NCBI GenBank assembly: GCA_000146045.2
Contig: BK006940.2
Span: 128,001-192,000 of the forward strand
DNA: 64,000 bases
From: TPA_inf: Saccharomyces
Taxonomy: Eukaryota
Reading direction: 5' to 3'
A program made the translations under genes and the position numbers. Of this stretch, positions 11,521-22,015 are shown piece by piece. The first letter of the stretch is position 1; each line of letters starts with the position of its first letter. A model generated the notes under the pieces. It searched no databases. It was not told the DNA's origin and was given only the letters and a program-made list of their open reading frames with translations.

Positions 11521-14500
11521 GCCAACACACACAATAGACTCGAATGACGAACTACCTGATCACCTTCTTATTGATTCAGGAGCTTCGCAAACGCTTGTCA
11601 GATCAGCCCATTATTTACACCATGCAACACCCAATTCTGAAATAAACATAGTCGATGCTCAAAAACAAGACATTCCTATAAATGCCATTGGTAATCTTCA
11701 CTTCAACTTTCAGAACGGCACCAAAACATCAATAAAAGCACTACACACACCAAACATAGCCTATGATCTATTAAGTTTGAGTGAGCTGGCTAATCAAAAT
11801 ATTACTGCCTGCTTTACCAGAAACACTTTAGAAAGATCGGATGGTACAGTACTAGCTCCCATAGTCAAACATGGAGACTTTTACTGGTTATCTAAAAAAT
11901 ACCTAATTCCTTCGCACATTTCAAAGCTAACAATAAACAACGTCAACAAAAGCAAAAGCGTAAATAAATATCCATATCCGTTAATACATCGAATGCTTGG
12001 ACATGCTAACTTCCGAAGTATTCAGAAGTCTCTTAAGAAGAATGCAGTTACATATTTGAAGGAATCGGATATTGAATGGTCTAACGCTAGCACATATCAA
12101 TGTCCTGACTGTCTAATCGGCAAAAGCACGAAACATAGACATGTCAAAGGATCACGACTAAAGTACCAAGAATCATATGAGCCTTTTCAGTACTTGCACA
12201 CCGATATATTTGGTCCTGTACATCACTTACCGAAAAGTGCACCTTCTTACTTTATATCGTTTACAGATGAGAAAACCAGATTCCAATGGGTGTACCCATT
12301 ACACGACCGTCGTGAAGAATCTATCCTCAATGTTTTTACATCGATATTAGCATTTATTAAGAACCAATTCAATGCTCGCGTTCTAGTTATCCAGATGGAT
12401 CGTGGCTCCGAGTACACTAACAAAACTCTTCATAAGTTCTTTACGAACAGAGGTATTACTGCATGCTATACAACCACGGCAGATTCTAGAGCACACGGTG
12501 TCGCTGAACGATTAAATCGTACTTTATTAAACGATTGTCGCACACTGCTTCATTGCAGTGGTCTACCAAATCATCTATGGTTCTCAGCAGTCGAATTTTC
12601 TACTATAATCAGAAATTCATTAGTCTCACCAAAAAACGATAAATCTGCAAGACAACATGCAGGTTTAGCTGGACTGGACATTACTACTATACTACCTTTC
12701 GGTCAACCGGTTATAGTTAACAACCATAATCCCGACTCGAAAATACATCCTCGTGGCATTCCAGGTTACGCCTTACATCCGTCACGAAACTCTTATGGCT
12801 ATATTATCTATCTTCCATCATTAAAAAAGACAGTAGATACTACCAATTACGTTATATTACAAGACAAGCAATCCAAATTGGACCAATTCAATTATGATAC
12901 ACTCACCTTTGATGATGATCTCAATCGTTTAACAGCCCATAACCAATCTTTTATTGAACAAAATGAAACGGAGCAGTCATATGATCAAAATACAGAATCT
13001 GATCATGACTATCAATCGGAGATTGAAATAAACTCTGATCCTCTAGTGAACGACTTCTCGTCCCAATCAATAAACCCTTTACAATTAGACAAGGAACCAG
13101 TCCAAAAAGTACGTGCACCAAAAGAAGTTGATGCCGACATATCTGAATACAATATTCTTCCATCTACTATACGATCTCGTACACCCCATATCATTAATAA
13201 AGAGAGTACCGAAATGGGTGGTACCGTTGAATCAGATACTACTTCACCTAGACACTCGTCTACCTTCACTGCACGAAACCAAAACCGACCTGGTAGTACC
13301 AATGAGATGATTGATTTGACCTCACAGGATAGAGTTAATTATGGACTTGAAAACATCAAAACTACACGTTTGGGTGGTACGGAGGAACCATATATTCAAC
13401 GAAATAGTGATACAAATATCAAATACAGGACTACAAATAGTACGCCCTCAATAGATGACCGTTCGTCCAACAGTGAATCCACTACTCCCATCATCTCCAT
13501 AGAAACAAAGGCTGTATGTGATAATACACCCTCCATTGATACGGATCCGCCAGAATATCGATCTTCTGACCATGCGACTCCTAATATAATGCCTGACAAA
13601 TCCTCAAAAAATGTTACGGCTGATTCTATTCTTGACGACCTCCCACTTCCTGACTTAACCCATAAATCTCCTACGGACACTTCTGATGTTTCAAAAGATA
13701 TTCCACACATACACTCTCGTCAGACTAATTCCAGTTTGGGTGGTATGGATGATTCTAATGTTCTGACTACTACCAAAAGTAAGAAAAGATCATTAGAAGA
13801 TAATGAAACTGAAATTGAGGTATCCCGAGACACATGGAATAATAAGAATATGAGAAGTCTGGAACCACCAAGATCGAAGAAACGCATAAATTTAATTGCA
13901 GCAATAAAAGGAGTGAAATCGATCAAACCAGTTCGAACGACCTTAAGATATGATGAAGCAATTACATATAATAAAGACAACAAAGAAAAAGACAGATATG
14001 TTGAAGCTTATCATAAAGAAATTAGCCAACTATTGAAAATGAACACTTGGGATACAAACAAATATTATGATAGAAATGACATAGATCCTAAAAAAGTAAT
14101 AAACTCAATGTTTATATTTAACAAGAAACGTGATGGTACACACAAAGCTAGATTTGTTGCAAGAGGCGACATTCAACACCCCGATACATATGATTCTGAT
14201 ATGCAATCCAATACCGTACATCACTATGCACTGATGACGTCACTGTCAATCGCATTAGACAACGACTATTATATCACACAGCTGGACATATCCTCTGCTT
14301 ACTTATATGCTGATATCAAAGAAGAATTATACATAAGACCTCCACCACATTTAGGTTTGAATGATAAATTACTACGTTTGAGAAAATCACTCTATGGTTT
14401 GAAACAAAGTGGTGCAAACTGGTATGAAACCATTAAATCATATTTAATAAATTGTTGCGACATGCAAGAAGTTCGCGGATGGTCATGCGTATTTAAGAAT

Positions 14501-15517
14501 AGTCAAGTAACAATTTGCTTATTCGTTGATGATATGATATTATTCAGCAAAGACTTAAATGCAAATAAGAAAATCATAACAACACTCAAGAAACAATACG
14601 ATACAAAGATAATAAATCTGGGTGAAAGTGATAACGAAATTCAGTACGACATACTTGGATTAGAGATCAAATATCAAAGAAGCAAGTACATGAAATTAGG
14701 TATGGAAAAATCCTTGACAGAAAAATTACCCAAACTAAACGTACCTTTGAACCCAAAAGGAAAGAAACTTAGAGCTCCAGGTCAACCAGGTCATTATATA
14801 GACCAGGATGAACTAGAAATAGATGAAGATGAATACAAAGAGAAAGTACATGAAATGCAAAAGTTGATTGGTCTAGCTTCATATGTTGGATATAAATTTA
14901 GATTTGACTTACTATACTACATCAACACACTTGCTCAACATATACTATTCCCCTCTAGGCAAGTTTTAGACATGACATATGAGTTAATACAATTCATGTG
15001 GGACACTAGAGATAAACAATTAATATGGCACAAAAACAAACCTACCAAGCCAGATAATAAACTAGTCGCAATAAGCGATGCTTCATATGGTAACCAACCA
15101 TATTACAAGTCACAAATTGGTAACATTTTCCTACTCAACGGAAAAGTGATTGGAGGAAAGTCGACAAAGGCTTCGTTAACATGCACTTCAACTACAGAAG
15201 CAGAAATACACGCAGTCAGTGAAGCTATTCCGCTATTGAATAACCTCAGTCACCTTGTGCAAGAACTTAACAAGAAACCAATTATTAAAGGCTTACTTAC
15301 TGATAGTAGATCAACGATCAGTATAATTAAGTCTACAAATGAAGAGAAATTTAGAAACAGATTTTTTGGCACAAAGGCAATGAGACTTAGAGATGAAGTA
15401 TCAGGTAATAATTTATACGTATACTACATCGAGACCAAGAAGAACATTGCTGATGTGATGACAAAACCTCTTCCGATAAAAACATTTAAACTATTAACTA
15501 ACAAATGGATTCATTAG
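11477..15517 (+). CDS. TYB: Ty2 TYB (Pol: protease, integrase, RT, RNase H), made as a Gag-Pol fusion by +1 frameshifting; coordinates are the +1-frame ORF
   Basis: [10 protein letters not shown] aspartic protease, integrase HHCC zinc-binding region and DD35E core, [12 protein letters not shown]-terminal RNase H region. Confidence 0.9.
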   Translation: MTTNLVLGQQQKESKPTHTIDSNDELPDHLLIDSGASQTLVRSAHYLHHATPNSEINIVDAQKQDIPINAIGNLHFNFQNGTKTSIKALHTPNIAYDLLSLSELANQNITACFTRNTLERSDGTVLAPIVKHGDFYWLSKKYLIPSHISKLTINNVNKSKSVNKYPYPLIHRMLGHANFRSIQKSLKKNAVTYLKESDIEWSNASTYQCPDCLIGKSTKHRHVKGSRLKYQESYEPFQYLHTDIFGPVHHLPKSAPSYFISFTDEKTRFQWVYPLHDRREESILNVFTSILAFIKNQFNARVLVIQMDRGSEYTNKTLHKFFTNRGITACYTTTADSRAHGVAERLNRTLLNDCRTLLHCSGLPNHLWFSAVEFSTIIRNSLVSPKNDKSARQHAGLAGLDITTILPFGQPVIVNNHNPDSKIHPRGIPGYALHPSRNSYGYIIYLPSLKKTVDTTNYVILQDKQSKLDQFNYDTLTFDDDLNRLTAHNQSFIEQNETEQSYDQNTESDHDYQSEIEINSDPLVNDFSSQSINPLQLDKEPVQKVRAPKEVDADISEYNILPSTIRSRTPHIINKESTEMGGTVESDTTSPRHSSTFTARNQNRPGSTNEMIDLTSQDRVNYGLENIKTTRLGGTEEPYIQRNSDTNIKYRTTNSTPSIDDRSSNSESTTPIISIETKAVCDNTPSIDTDPPEYRSSDHATPNIMPDKSSKNVTADSILDDLPLPDLTHKSPTDTSDVSKDIPHIHSRQTNSSLGGMDDSNVLTTTKSKKRSLEDNETEIEVSRDTWNNKNMRSLEPPRSKKRINLIAAIKGVKSIKPVRTTLRYDEAITYNKDNKEKDRYVEAYHKEISQLLKMNTWDTNKYYDRNDIDPKKVINSMFIFNKKRDGTHKARFVARGDIQHPDTYDSDMQSNTVHHYALMTSLSIALDNDYYITQLDISSAYLYADIKEELYIRPPPHLGLNDKLLRLRKSLYGLKQSGANWYETIKSYLINCCDMQEVRGWSCVFKNSQVTICLFVDDMILFSKDLNANKKIITTLKKQYDTKIINLGESDNEIQYDILGLEIKYQRSKYMKLGMEKSLTEKLPKLNVPLNPKGKKLRAPGQPGHYIDQDELEIDEDEYKEKVHEMQKLIGLASYVGYKFRFDLLYYINTLAQHILFPSRQVLDMTYELIQFMWDTRDKQLIWHKNKPTKPDNKLVAISDASYGNQPYYKSQIGNIFLLNGKVIGGKSTKASLTCTSTTEAEIHAVSEAIPLLNNLSHLVQELNKKPIIKGLLTDSRSTISIIKSTNEEKFRNRFFGTKAMRLRDEVSGNNLYVYYIETKKNIADVMTKPLPIKTFKLLTNKWIH
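11491..11497 (+). promoter_or_regulatory. +1 ribosomal frameshift heptamer CTTAGGC at the TYA/TYB overlap
   Basis: Exact CUU-AGG-C (AGG is a rare Arg codon) near the end of TYA, within the 44-nt overlap with the +1-frame TYB ORF. Confidence 0.85.
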
Positions 15518-15539
15518 ATCTATTACATTATGGGTGGTA

Positions 15540-15871
15540 TGTTGGAATAAAAATCAACTATCATCTACTAACTAGTATTTACGTTACTAGTATATTATCA
15601 TATACGGTGTTAGAAGATGACGCAAATGATGAGAAATAGTCATCTAAATTAGTGGAAGCTGAAACGCAAGGATTGATAATGTAATAGGATCAATGAATAT
15701 TAACATATAAAATGATGATAATAATATTTATAGAATTGTGTAGAATTGCAGATTCCCTTTTATGGATTCCTAAATCCTCGAGGAGAACTTCTAGTATATC
15801 TACATACCTAATATTATTGCCTTATCAAAAATGGAATCCCAACAATTACATCAAAATCCACATTCTCTACA
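15540..15871 (+). repeat. Ty2 3' LTR
   Basis: Identical to the 5' LTR and followed directly by the GTATA TSD. Confidence 0.9.
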
Positions 15872-15876
15872 GTATA

Positions 15877-15942
15877 CATATTATTATAGCCTTAATCAAC
15901 AATGGAATCCCAACAATTATCTCAAAATTCACCAATATCTCA
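15877..15942 (+). repeat. 3' portion (66 bp) of the interrupted older solo delta, ending ...AATATCTCA
   Basis: Matches the delta 3' end (CCTTAATCAACAATGGAATCCCAACAATTATCTCAAAATTCACC...TCTCA). Joined to the 9661-9912 piece it rebuilds a ~318-bp delta. Confidence 0.75.
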
Positions 15943-16527
15943 GAGACTATATCTGAAACAAACAAAGACGTATAGTCCAAAGCAATATTCAAGGAAACTA
16001 CAAAGTGAGATTAGCTACGTAGAAATAGGAGAAAAAGTATAAATTTAAAGTTAAATTCAGATCTCAAATTCTCTTAATATTTGAAATAAATCCGCTGCGT
16101 GACAAATCCCGTGATGATCTCGGAATATTTATATGTTACCATTTATACTTATGGTAGAATTATACTCACTAATGAATGTACGGTTACTATTTGGAACAAG
16201 TGGTCATCAATTGCCATAGTAACATTTTGAATGCTTGCATCGTGCATGAATACATACCGCATATATGTTTAAGTATGAATATACCTGTTAAAGAAAGTAA
16301 TGAATCTGTATTGAAGAACCGTAGGTTTGACATGATCTGGTCGTTATATATACGCGTAATATGACTAGTCAAACTAAATGTATGACAAGTTCCAGAACTA
16401 CTATTACATTGATCATAAGTAATAATACACAAATCAGCGTGTGTTTTATACTTCTCTTATATAGTATAAGAAGATCCATATTTAATCTTCATTAACACTA
16501 CTTCTTAACCTCTAATTACCAACGGGT

Positions 16528-16830
16528 CAATGTTAGGATAATTGTTGGCATTCCATTGTTATTAAAGGGAATCAAAGTATATTAAAAATTCTTCCCAAGG
16601 ATGTAATAACCTAAAAAAGGAAGCCCATATTTCTATATAATGTTATTAATATTTTCTTTTTCATATTATTGTCGCCACTCTTTATTCCATTACATTATCA
16701 AGTCTTGCATTTCGGCTTCCATTAAATTTGATGATTATTTCTCAGTCTTTGTGCCATCTACTCACACTCAATTTTAATATAGTGTTAATATGAATACTAA
16801 TCAATGAGCGATCATTGGTTCCATTACAAT
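16528..16830 (-). repeat. Diverged solo LTR, delta-like, on the minus strand
   Basis: Reverse-complement similarity to the delta 3' end (ATAATTGTTGGcATTCCATTGTT) and interior (CCATTACATTATCAAgtCTTGCaTTTCgGCTTCCatTAAaTTtGATGAtTATTTCTCA). Heavily mutated. Confidence 0.5.
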
Positions 16831-17113
16831 AACGTTGTGATCGGAACTTATTTTGAAGTTATTCCTGTCGACTGCCTGATGTCAGTATTGAGGCTGTTTG
16901 ATTATTTCTGAACATAATATCCTTTTCCTGTTACAAGTACATGCTGAACAAGAGATATATATTATGCTTTAAGATGGAGTATAATGGTTTTAGAATATTT
17001 TAAATTAAGTATGCATACACAAATAATCTACTTACTCACTATGATGCTACAAGATCATCCATTGGTTAAGAATGTTGAGTGATTCTACGAACAAGGTAAC
17101 TTTTTTTCCATAA

Positions 17114-18934
17114 TTATAAGTCGTCAAAATTGCCTTGGATAGCTTTGCTGGAAACTTTCTTCCGTTTATTCTGTAAAACGATTTCTTTCCAATCCTCTTT
17201 AATACGCTCTTCTTCAGCATTTTCATCGAGCTCTTCTGCTTTCAATTCTTCCTCTATAGCCTTCCTTTTTAAACTCATCTTTTCCTTTCTCTCGAGTTTC
17301 CGTTCTTTCGTCAATGTTTTATCTGACCACGCTAAATTCTTCTTCTTCAACTCACTTTTCAGCTTCTTTTTATCATTAATCAGGCTTATATTTTTTAATG
17401 TTTCTTGTCTCTCCTTTTCACGTTTTTTGTCCTTGTATTTATATTCATCCATATTAACTGGGGGATCGACCAACCAATTCCCTGGGAAAATCCCTTCTTG
17501 TTTTTCGGTGGCTAAGTACTTTGTTATCTCAGGCATTCTAGGCAGGCGGAAAAGACCATACAATTTCGCAATACCAACATAATCTAAAGATTGAAGCCTA
17601 AAAATTGAAGTTGCGGAATGATTTGAGTAGTATTTAATAAAGGCAACATATGCTTTAACACCTTTATCAAATCTATCCCTATCTTCTAGTATCCAATTTC
17701 TAAAGTCCTCGTAAAAGTTTGTTGTTATGCCCTTTACTTCCAAATCAAGTTCTTCAAGTTCCACATTTTTAACTTGCATGAAAGGAATAAAATCCTCTTC
17801 TCTGCCTTCATTAAGAAACGTAATTGCTTTACCCACTCTATTTGCTCTACCAGTTCTACCACATCTATGCATGAACATATCAGTATTGGTAGGGGGATCA
17901 AGCTGGATGACGAGATCAACGTCGGGTATGTCAATACCTCTAGCAGCCACATCTGTTGTGAATAAAACAGAATTACTTAGCGAATCAGTAAAAGCTGTTA
18001 GAGTTTTTGTCCTTGCCGATGTTTGAAGTTTTCCATGCAAGGAAAATATTTCTACTTCATTCACGAGAATATTCCTCTTTCCCAAATACTGGATAAATGA
18101 GTAGAAGTAGGAGACTGACACACATGTTGGAAAATATACAATACATTTCTTGAATTTGTAGTTATTCAAAATGCTAACCAAAAGTTGTAGTTTTTCGGCA
18201 GGATTTACGACACAGTAATTTAATTTCAAAGAGGAGGGCGCCTGGTTCTTAGAGTTAACGGTAATCCTGACAGGATTTCTAAGCCCTGTCTTAAAGATAT
18301 CTGATCCGGCGCTACGCATAGTTGCAGAAAATAGACCCGTCCTTCTTTGTTTAGGCAATAGCCTCAGAATTTTTTCGGTATCCTTAATAAAACTCATATC
18401 CAACAATCTGTCTGCTTCATCCATAACTACCATACTGCATGCTGACGTCTTTACTGCTGGCATTTGTAAAAAGTCCAAAACTCTACCAGGTGTTCCAATC
18501 AGAATCTGCGGTCTATTCCGCAGAAAATTACTTACATCATCTCTAACTGTGGCTTCATTAGTACCAACCAGGAGCTGACATTTAATAGGGAACAAGTCGG
18601 AAGGATAATGTTCCAGAAATGATAGAACGACAGACTCAATTTGGCGTGACAATTCTCTTGTTGGAGCAATAATTAACGAGTGGAAGTGTGCTTTCTTGAA
18701 TTTTGATGTATTCGCTTCTTCCTTTACAACTTTTTCTAGTACAGGTATAACAAACGCAGCGGTCTTACCTGAGCCTGTTACAGAATCAACTACTACATCC
18801 TTGTTGCCAGCAAGCATGGGAATTGTCGATGCTTGGACTGGAGTCATGGTCTCAAAACCCATAACATCGAGTCCTGTCCTTATCCAGGGAAGTAAAGAAA
18901 ACCCGAGATTATCCCATTCCAATGACTTTGACAT
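17114..18934 (-). CDS. SPB4: DEAD-box ATP-dependent RNA helicase for 60S ribosomal subunit biogenesis, 606 aa
   Basis: Q-motif, Walker A TGSGKT, DEAD (VMDEADR), SAT and HRCGRTGR motifs. Lys/Glu-rich C-terminal tail. Length matches SPB4. Confidence 0.92.
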
Positions 18935-19026
18935 TGTTTTTATTGCTGCTGAGCTTTTAATATTATCTTACTACACCTCAAATCAATGGGCTCAGCTCAT
19001 CTTGAAAAGCTCACTTTGTTTTTCAG

Positions 19027-19037
19027 TGAAAAATTTT
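19027..19037. promoter_or_regulatory. RRPE (TGAAAAATTTT) about 95 bp upstream of the SPB4 ATG, with an adjacent PAC-like AGCTCATC at 18994-19001
   Basis: Exact RRPE match in the SPB4/DEG1 divergent promoter. PAC core GATGAG is present but the GCGATGAGCT consensus is incomplete. Confidence 0.45.
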
Positions 19038-19130
19038 TGAAAGCGAAAAGCCGGCTCAAAATAAAGAATAATATAGTATTCTCGAGGTGCCCACATGCAA
19101 TCTTTACTGCCCTACTATAACCTCCCTTGA

Positions 19131-20459
19131 ATGAGTAATTTCATTAGAAGGCTAGTTGGGAAAATGAAAGCGATTTCAACAGGTACCAATGCTATTGTTA
19201 GTAAGAAGGACTCCATTTACGCAAACTGGTCCAAAGAGCAGCTAATACGAAGGATCACTGAACTAGAAAACGCAAATAAGCCACATTCTGAAAAATTCCA
19301 GCACATCGAGGATAACAAAAAGCGCAAAATTTCGCAAGAAGAGGTTACGAGAAGCAAGGCGAAAAAGGCTCCGAAGAAGTTTGACTTTTCTAAACATAAT
19401 ACCAGGTTCATCGCCTTGAGATTTGCCTATTTGGGATGGAATTACAATGGCTTAGCTGTTCAGAAGGAATACACACCGTTGCCTACAGTAGAGGGTACCA
19501 TTTTGGAGGCCATGAATAAGTGTAAACTTGTTCCCTCGATGGTTTTACAAGACTATAAATTTAGCAGATGTGGCAGAACAGACAAGGGAGTTAGCGCCAT
19601 GAACCAAGTTATATCGTTAGAAGTCCGTTCCAATTTAACAGATGAGGAACAGCGGGATCCGACCAACGACAGCAGGGAAATACCCTATGTTCACGTTTTA
19701 AATCAATTACTACCCGACGATATTCGTATATCAGCTGTCTGCCTCAGACCGCCACCTAACTTTGACGCAAGATTCAGCTGTGTTCACCGGCACTATAAGT
19801 ACATCTTTAATGGAAAAAACCTTAATATTGAAAAAATGTCTAAAGCCGCATCATATTTTGTTGGAGAGAGAGACTTCAGGAATTTTTGTAAGCTTGATGG
19901 CTCAAAACAAATTACCAATTTTAAACGAACAATAATAAGCTCAAAAATTCTTCCCCTTTCTGAAACTTTCTATTGTTTTGATCTCGTTGGTTCAGCATTC
20001 CTATGGCACCAAGTTCGTTGCATGATGGCCATTCTTTTCTTAGTTGGTCAATCACTTGAAGTGCCGGAAATTGTCTTGCGTCTGACTGATATTGAGAAAA
20101 CCCCTCAAAGGCCTGTTTACGAAATGGCAAATGATATACCATTATTGTTATATGATTGTAAATTTCCTGAAATGGATTGGCAAGAACCTACTGTAGATGA
20201 CTATAAGGCAATAAAATTCACGACAGCTACTGAAGCATTGACGTTACACTACGAACTTAAGGCCGCAGTATGCAATATTTTTAAAGATGTTTTGCCCACA
20301 GCAAATACAAACAACTTCTCAAAGACAATTATTAATTTGGGCGATGGAAGAGGTAAAGTAGTCGGTACCTATGTGAAACTAGAGGATAGAAGCGTTATGG
20401 AACCTGTCGAAGTTGTTAATGCTAAATACTCCAAGAAAAAGAACAACAAAAATAAGTAA
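19131..20459 (+). CDS. DEG1: tRNA pseudouridine(38/39) synthase, TruA family, 442 aa
   Basis: TruA-like catalytic region (GRTDKGVSA with catalytic Asp). Length and position next to CEN6 match DEG1/PUS3. Confidence 0.9.
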   Translation: MSNFIRRLVGKMKAISTGTNAIVSKKDSIYANWSKEQLIRRITELENANKPHSEKFQHIEDNKKRKISQEEVTRSKAKKAPKKFDFSKHNTRFIALRFAYLGWNYNGLAVQKEYTPLPTVEGTILEAMNKCKLVPSMVLQDYKFSRCGRTDKGVSAMNQVISLEVRSNLTDEEQRDPTNDSREIPYVHVLNQLLPDDIRISAVCLRPPPNFDARFSCVHRHYKYIFNGKNLNIEKMSKAASYFVGERDFRNFCKLDGSKQITNFKRTIISSKILPLSETFYCFDLVGSAFLWHQVRCMMAILFLVGQSLEVPEIVLRLTDIEKTPQRPVYEMANDIPLLLYDCKFPEMDWQEPTVDDYKAIKFTTATEALTLHYELKAAVCNIFKDVLPTANTNNFSKTIINLGDGRGKVVGTYVKLEDRSVMEPVEVVNAKYSKKKNNKNK

Positions 20460-20509
20460 AATAATATATAAACCTGTATAATATAACCTTGAAGACTATA
20501 TTTCTTTTC

Positions 20510-20628
20510 ATCACGTGCTATAAAAATAATTATAATTTAAATTTTTTAATATAAATATATAAATTAAAAATAGAAAGTAAAAAAAGAAATTAAAGAAAAA
20601 ATAGTTTTTGTTTTCCGAAGATGTAAAA
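20510..20628 (+). other. CEN6: Point centromere CEN6: CDEI ATCACGTG (20510-20517), CDEII 85 bp with >90% A+T (20518-20602), CDEIII ~TGTTTTTGTTTTCCGAAGATGTAAAA (20603-20628) with the essential CCG at 20615-20617
   Basis: Textbook tripartite budding-yeast centromere architecture, lying between DEG1 (YFL001W) and LOC1 (YFR001W) at the L/R arm boundary. Confidence 0.93.
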
Positions 20629-20988
20629 TAGGTTGAAAGTTAGAAATTAGTATTATAATAGCAAAAAAAATTTAAAGTTAGAAATTAGAATTTAAGGCTC
20701 TACACACGTTTACGATGATATTGGACGACCGACACGAAAAGACAGTTTTAGGCTTTCTTTTGTCTTGCTCTTGCGTTGAAAGTACGTAATTTCCATTCGA
20801 TTACTTACTCAACACTTGATATAGAGACCAACTATAAAATAAACTGTTTGGGAAGGAAAGCAGAACTCTTGTAATTACCTCATCTCATTATCAAGAAGCA
20901 AAATTTTAACTATGTATTTTGACCTTATTTTTGTACTCCACTTTTTTTTTTTAGTTTTTTTTAGTTATTTTTTAATTTTGAAGTAACG

Positions 20989-20996
20989 GCGATGAG
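20989..20996. promoter_or_regulatory. PAC element GCGATGAG about 115 bp upstream of LOC1
   Basis: Exact PAC (polymerase A and C) core. LOC1 is a ribosome-biogenesis regulon member. Confidence 0.5.
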
Positions 20997-21103
20997 GTGA
21001 AGTTTTTTTTAAACTGAAAAAGAAGATCGAATGCAAACCATAAATTAGAGATCTAATTGAGGTAAAATTATAAGGTTAGATATCTGTAAATCTATACAAT
21101 TAA

Positions 21104-21724
<621 letters not shown>

Positions 21725-22015
21725 TTTGATTGACTAAACTAAATACGGATAAGTCTGTTGTATAATATATAACATCCTGAAGGCAAAGTCTTTGTAAAGA
21801 TTGTGCTTTATAGAACGGTCAATATCGTCATGGCTGATGCTACTCTGTTCATCACTTCTCTTCTTTATCGAAGACCGGGTAATAATAAATATCCGAATTT
21901 TTTTCAAATTTTGAAAACTCACTCACGTCTTCCTAGAAGATTTCAAATGCATTAATTCATCAAAATTCAAAACTTAACAACACTTGTGAAGAAAAGTCAC
22001 AAAGAAGTAAACGAT

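Larger units (their letters stand above)
9913..15871 (+). mobile_element. YFLWTy2-1: Full-length Ty2 LTR retrotransposon (5959 bp) with intact TYA and TYB; 5-bp target-site duplication GTATA at 9908-9912 and 15872-15876
   Basis: Identical 332-bp LTRs (TGTTGG...TACA), PBS TGGTAGCGCC at 10245-10254 complementary to the initiator tRNA-Met 3' end, Gag of 438 aa with the Ty2-type N-terminus [21 protein letters not shown], Pol with DSGAS protease, integrase and FVDD RT motifs. Confidence 0.93.

Noticed and set aside
17130-17582. 150-aa plus-strand ORF antisense to SPB4, with similar antisense ORFs at 17727-18026 and 18696-19040
   Set aside because: Low-complexity Ser/Phe/Leu frames generated by the Lys/Glu-rich SPB4 tail on the opposite strand. 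No independent start or stop context.
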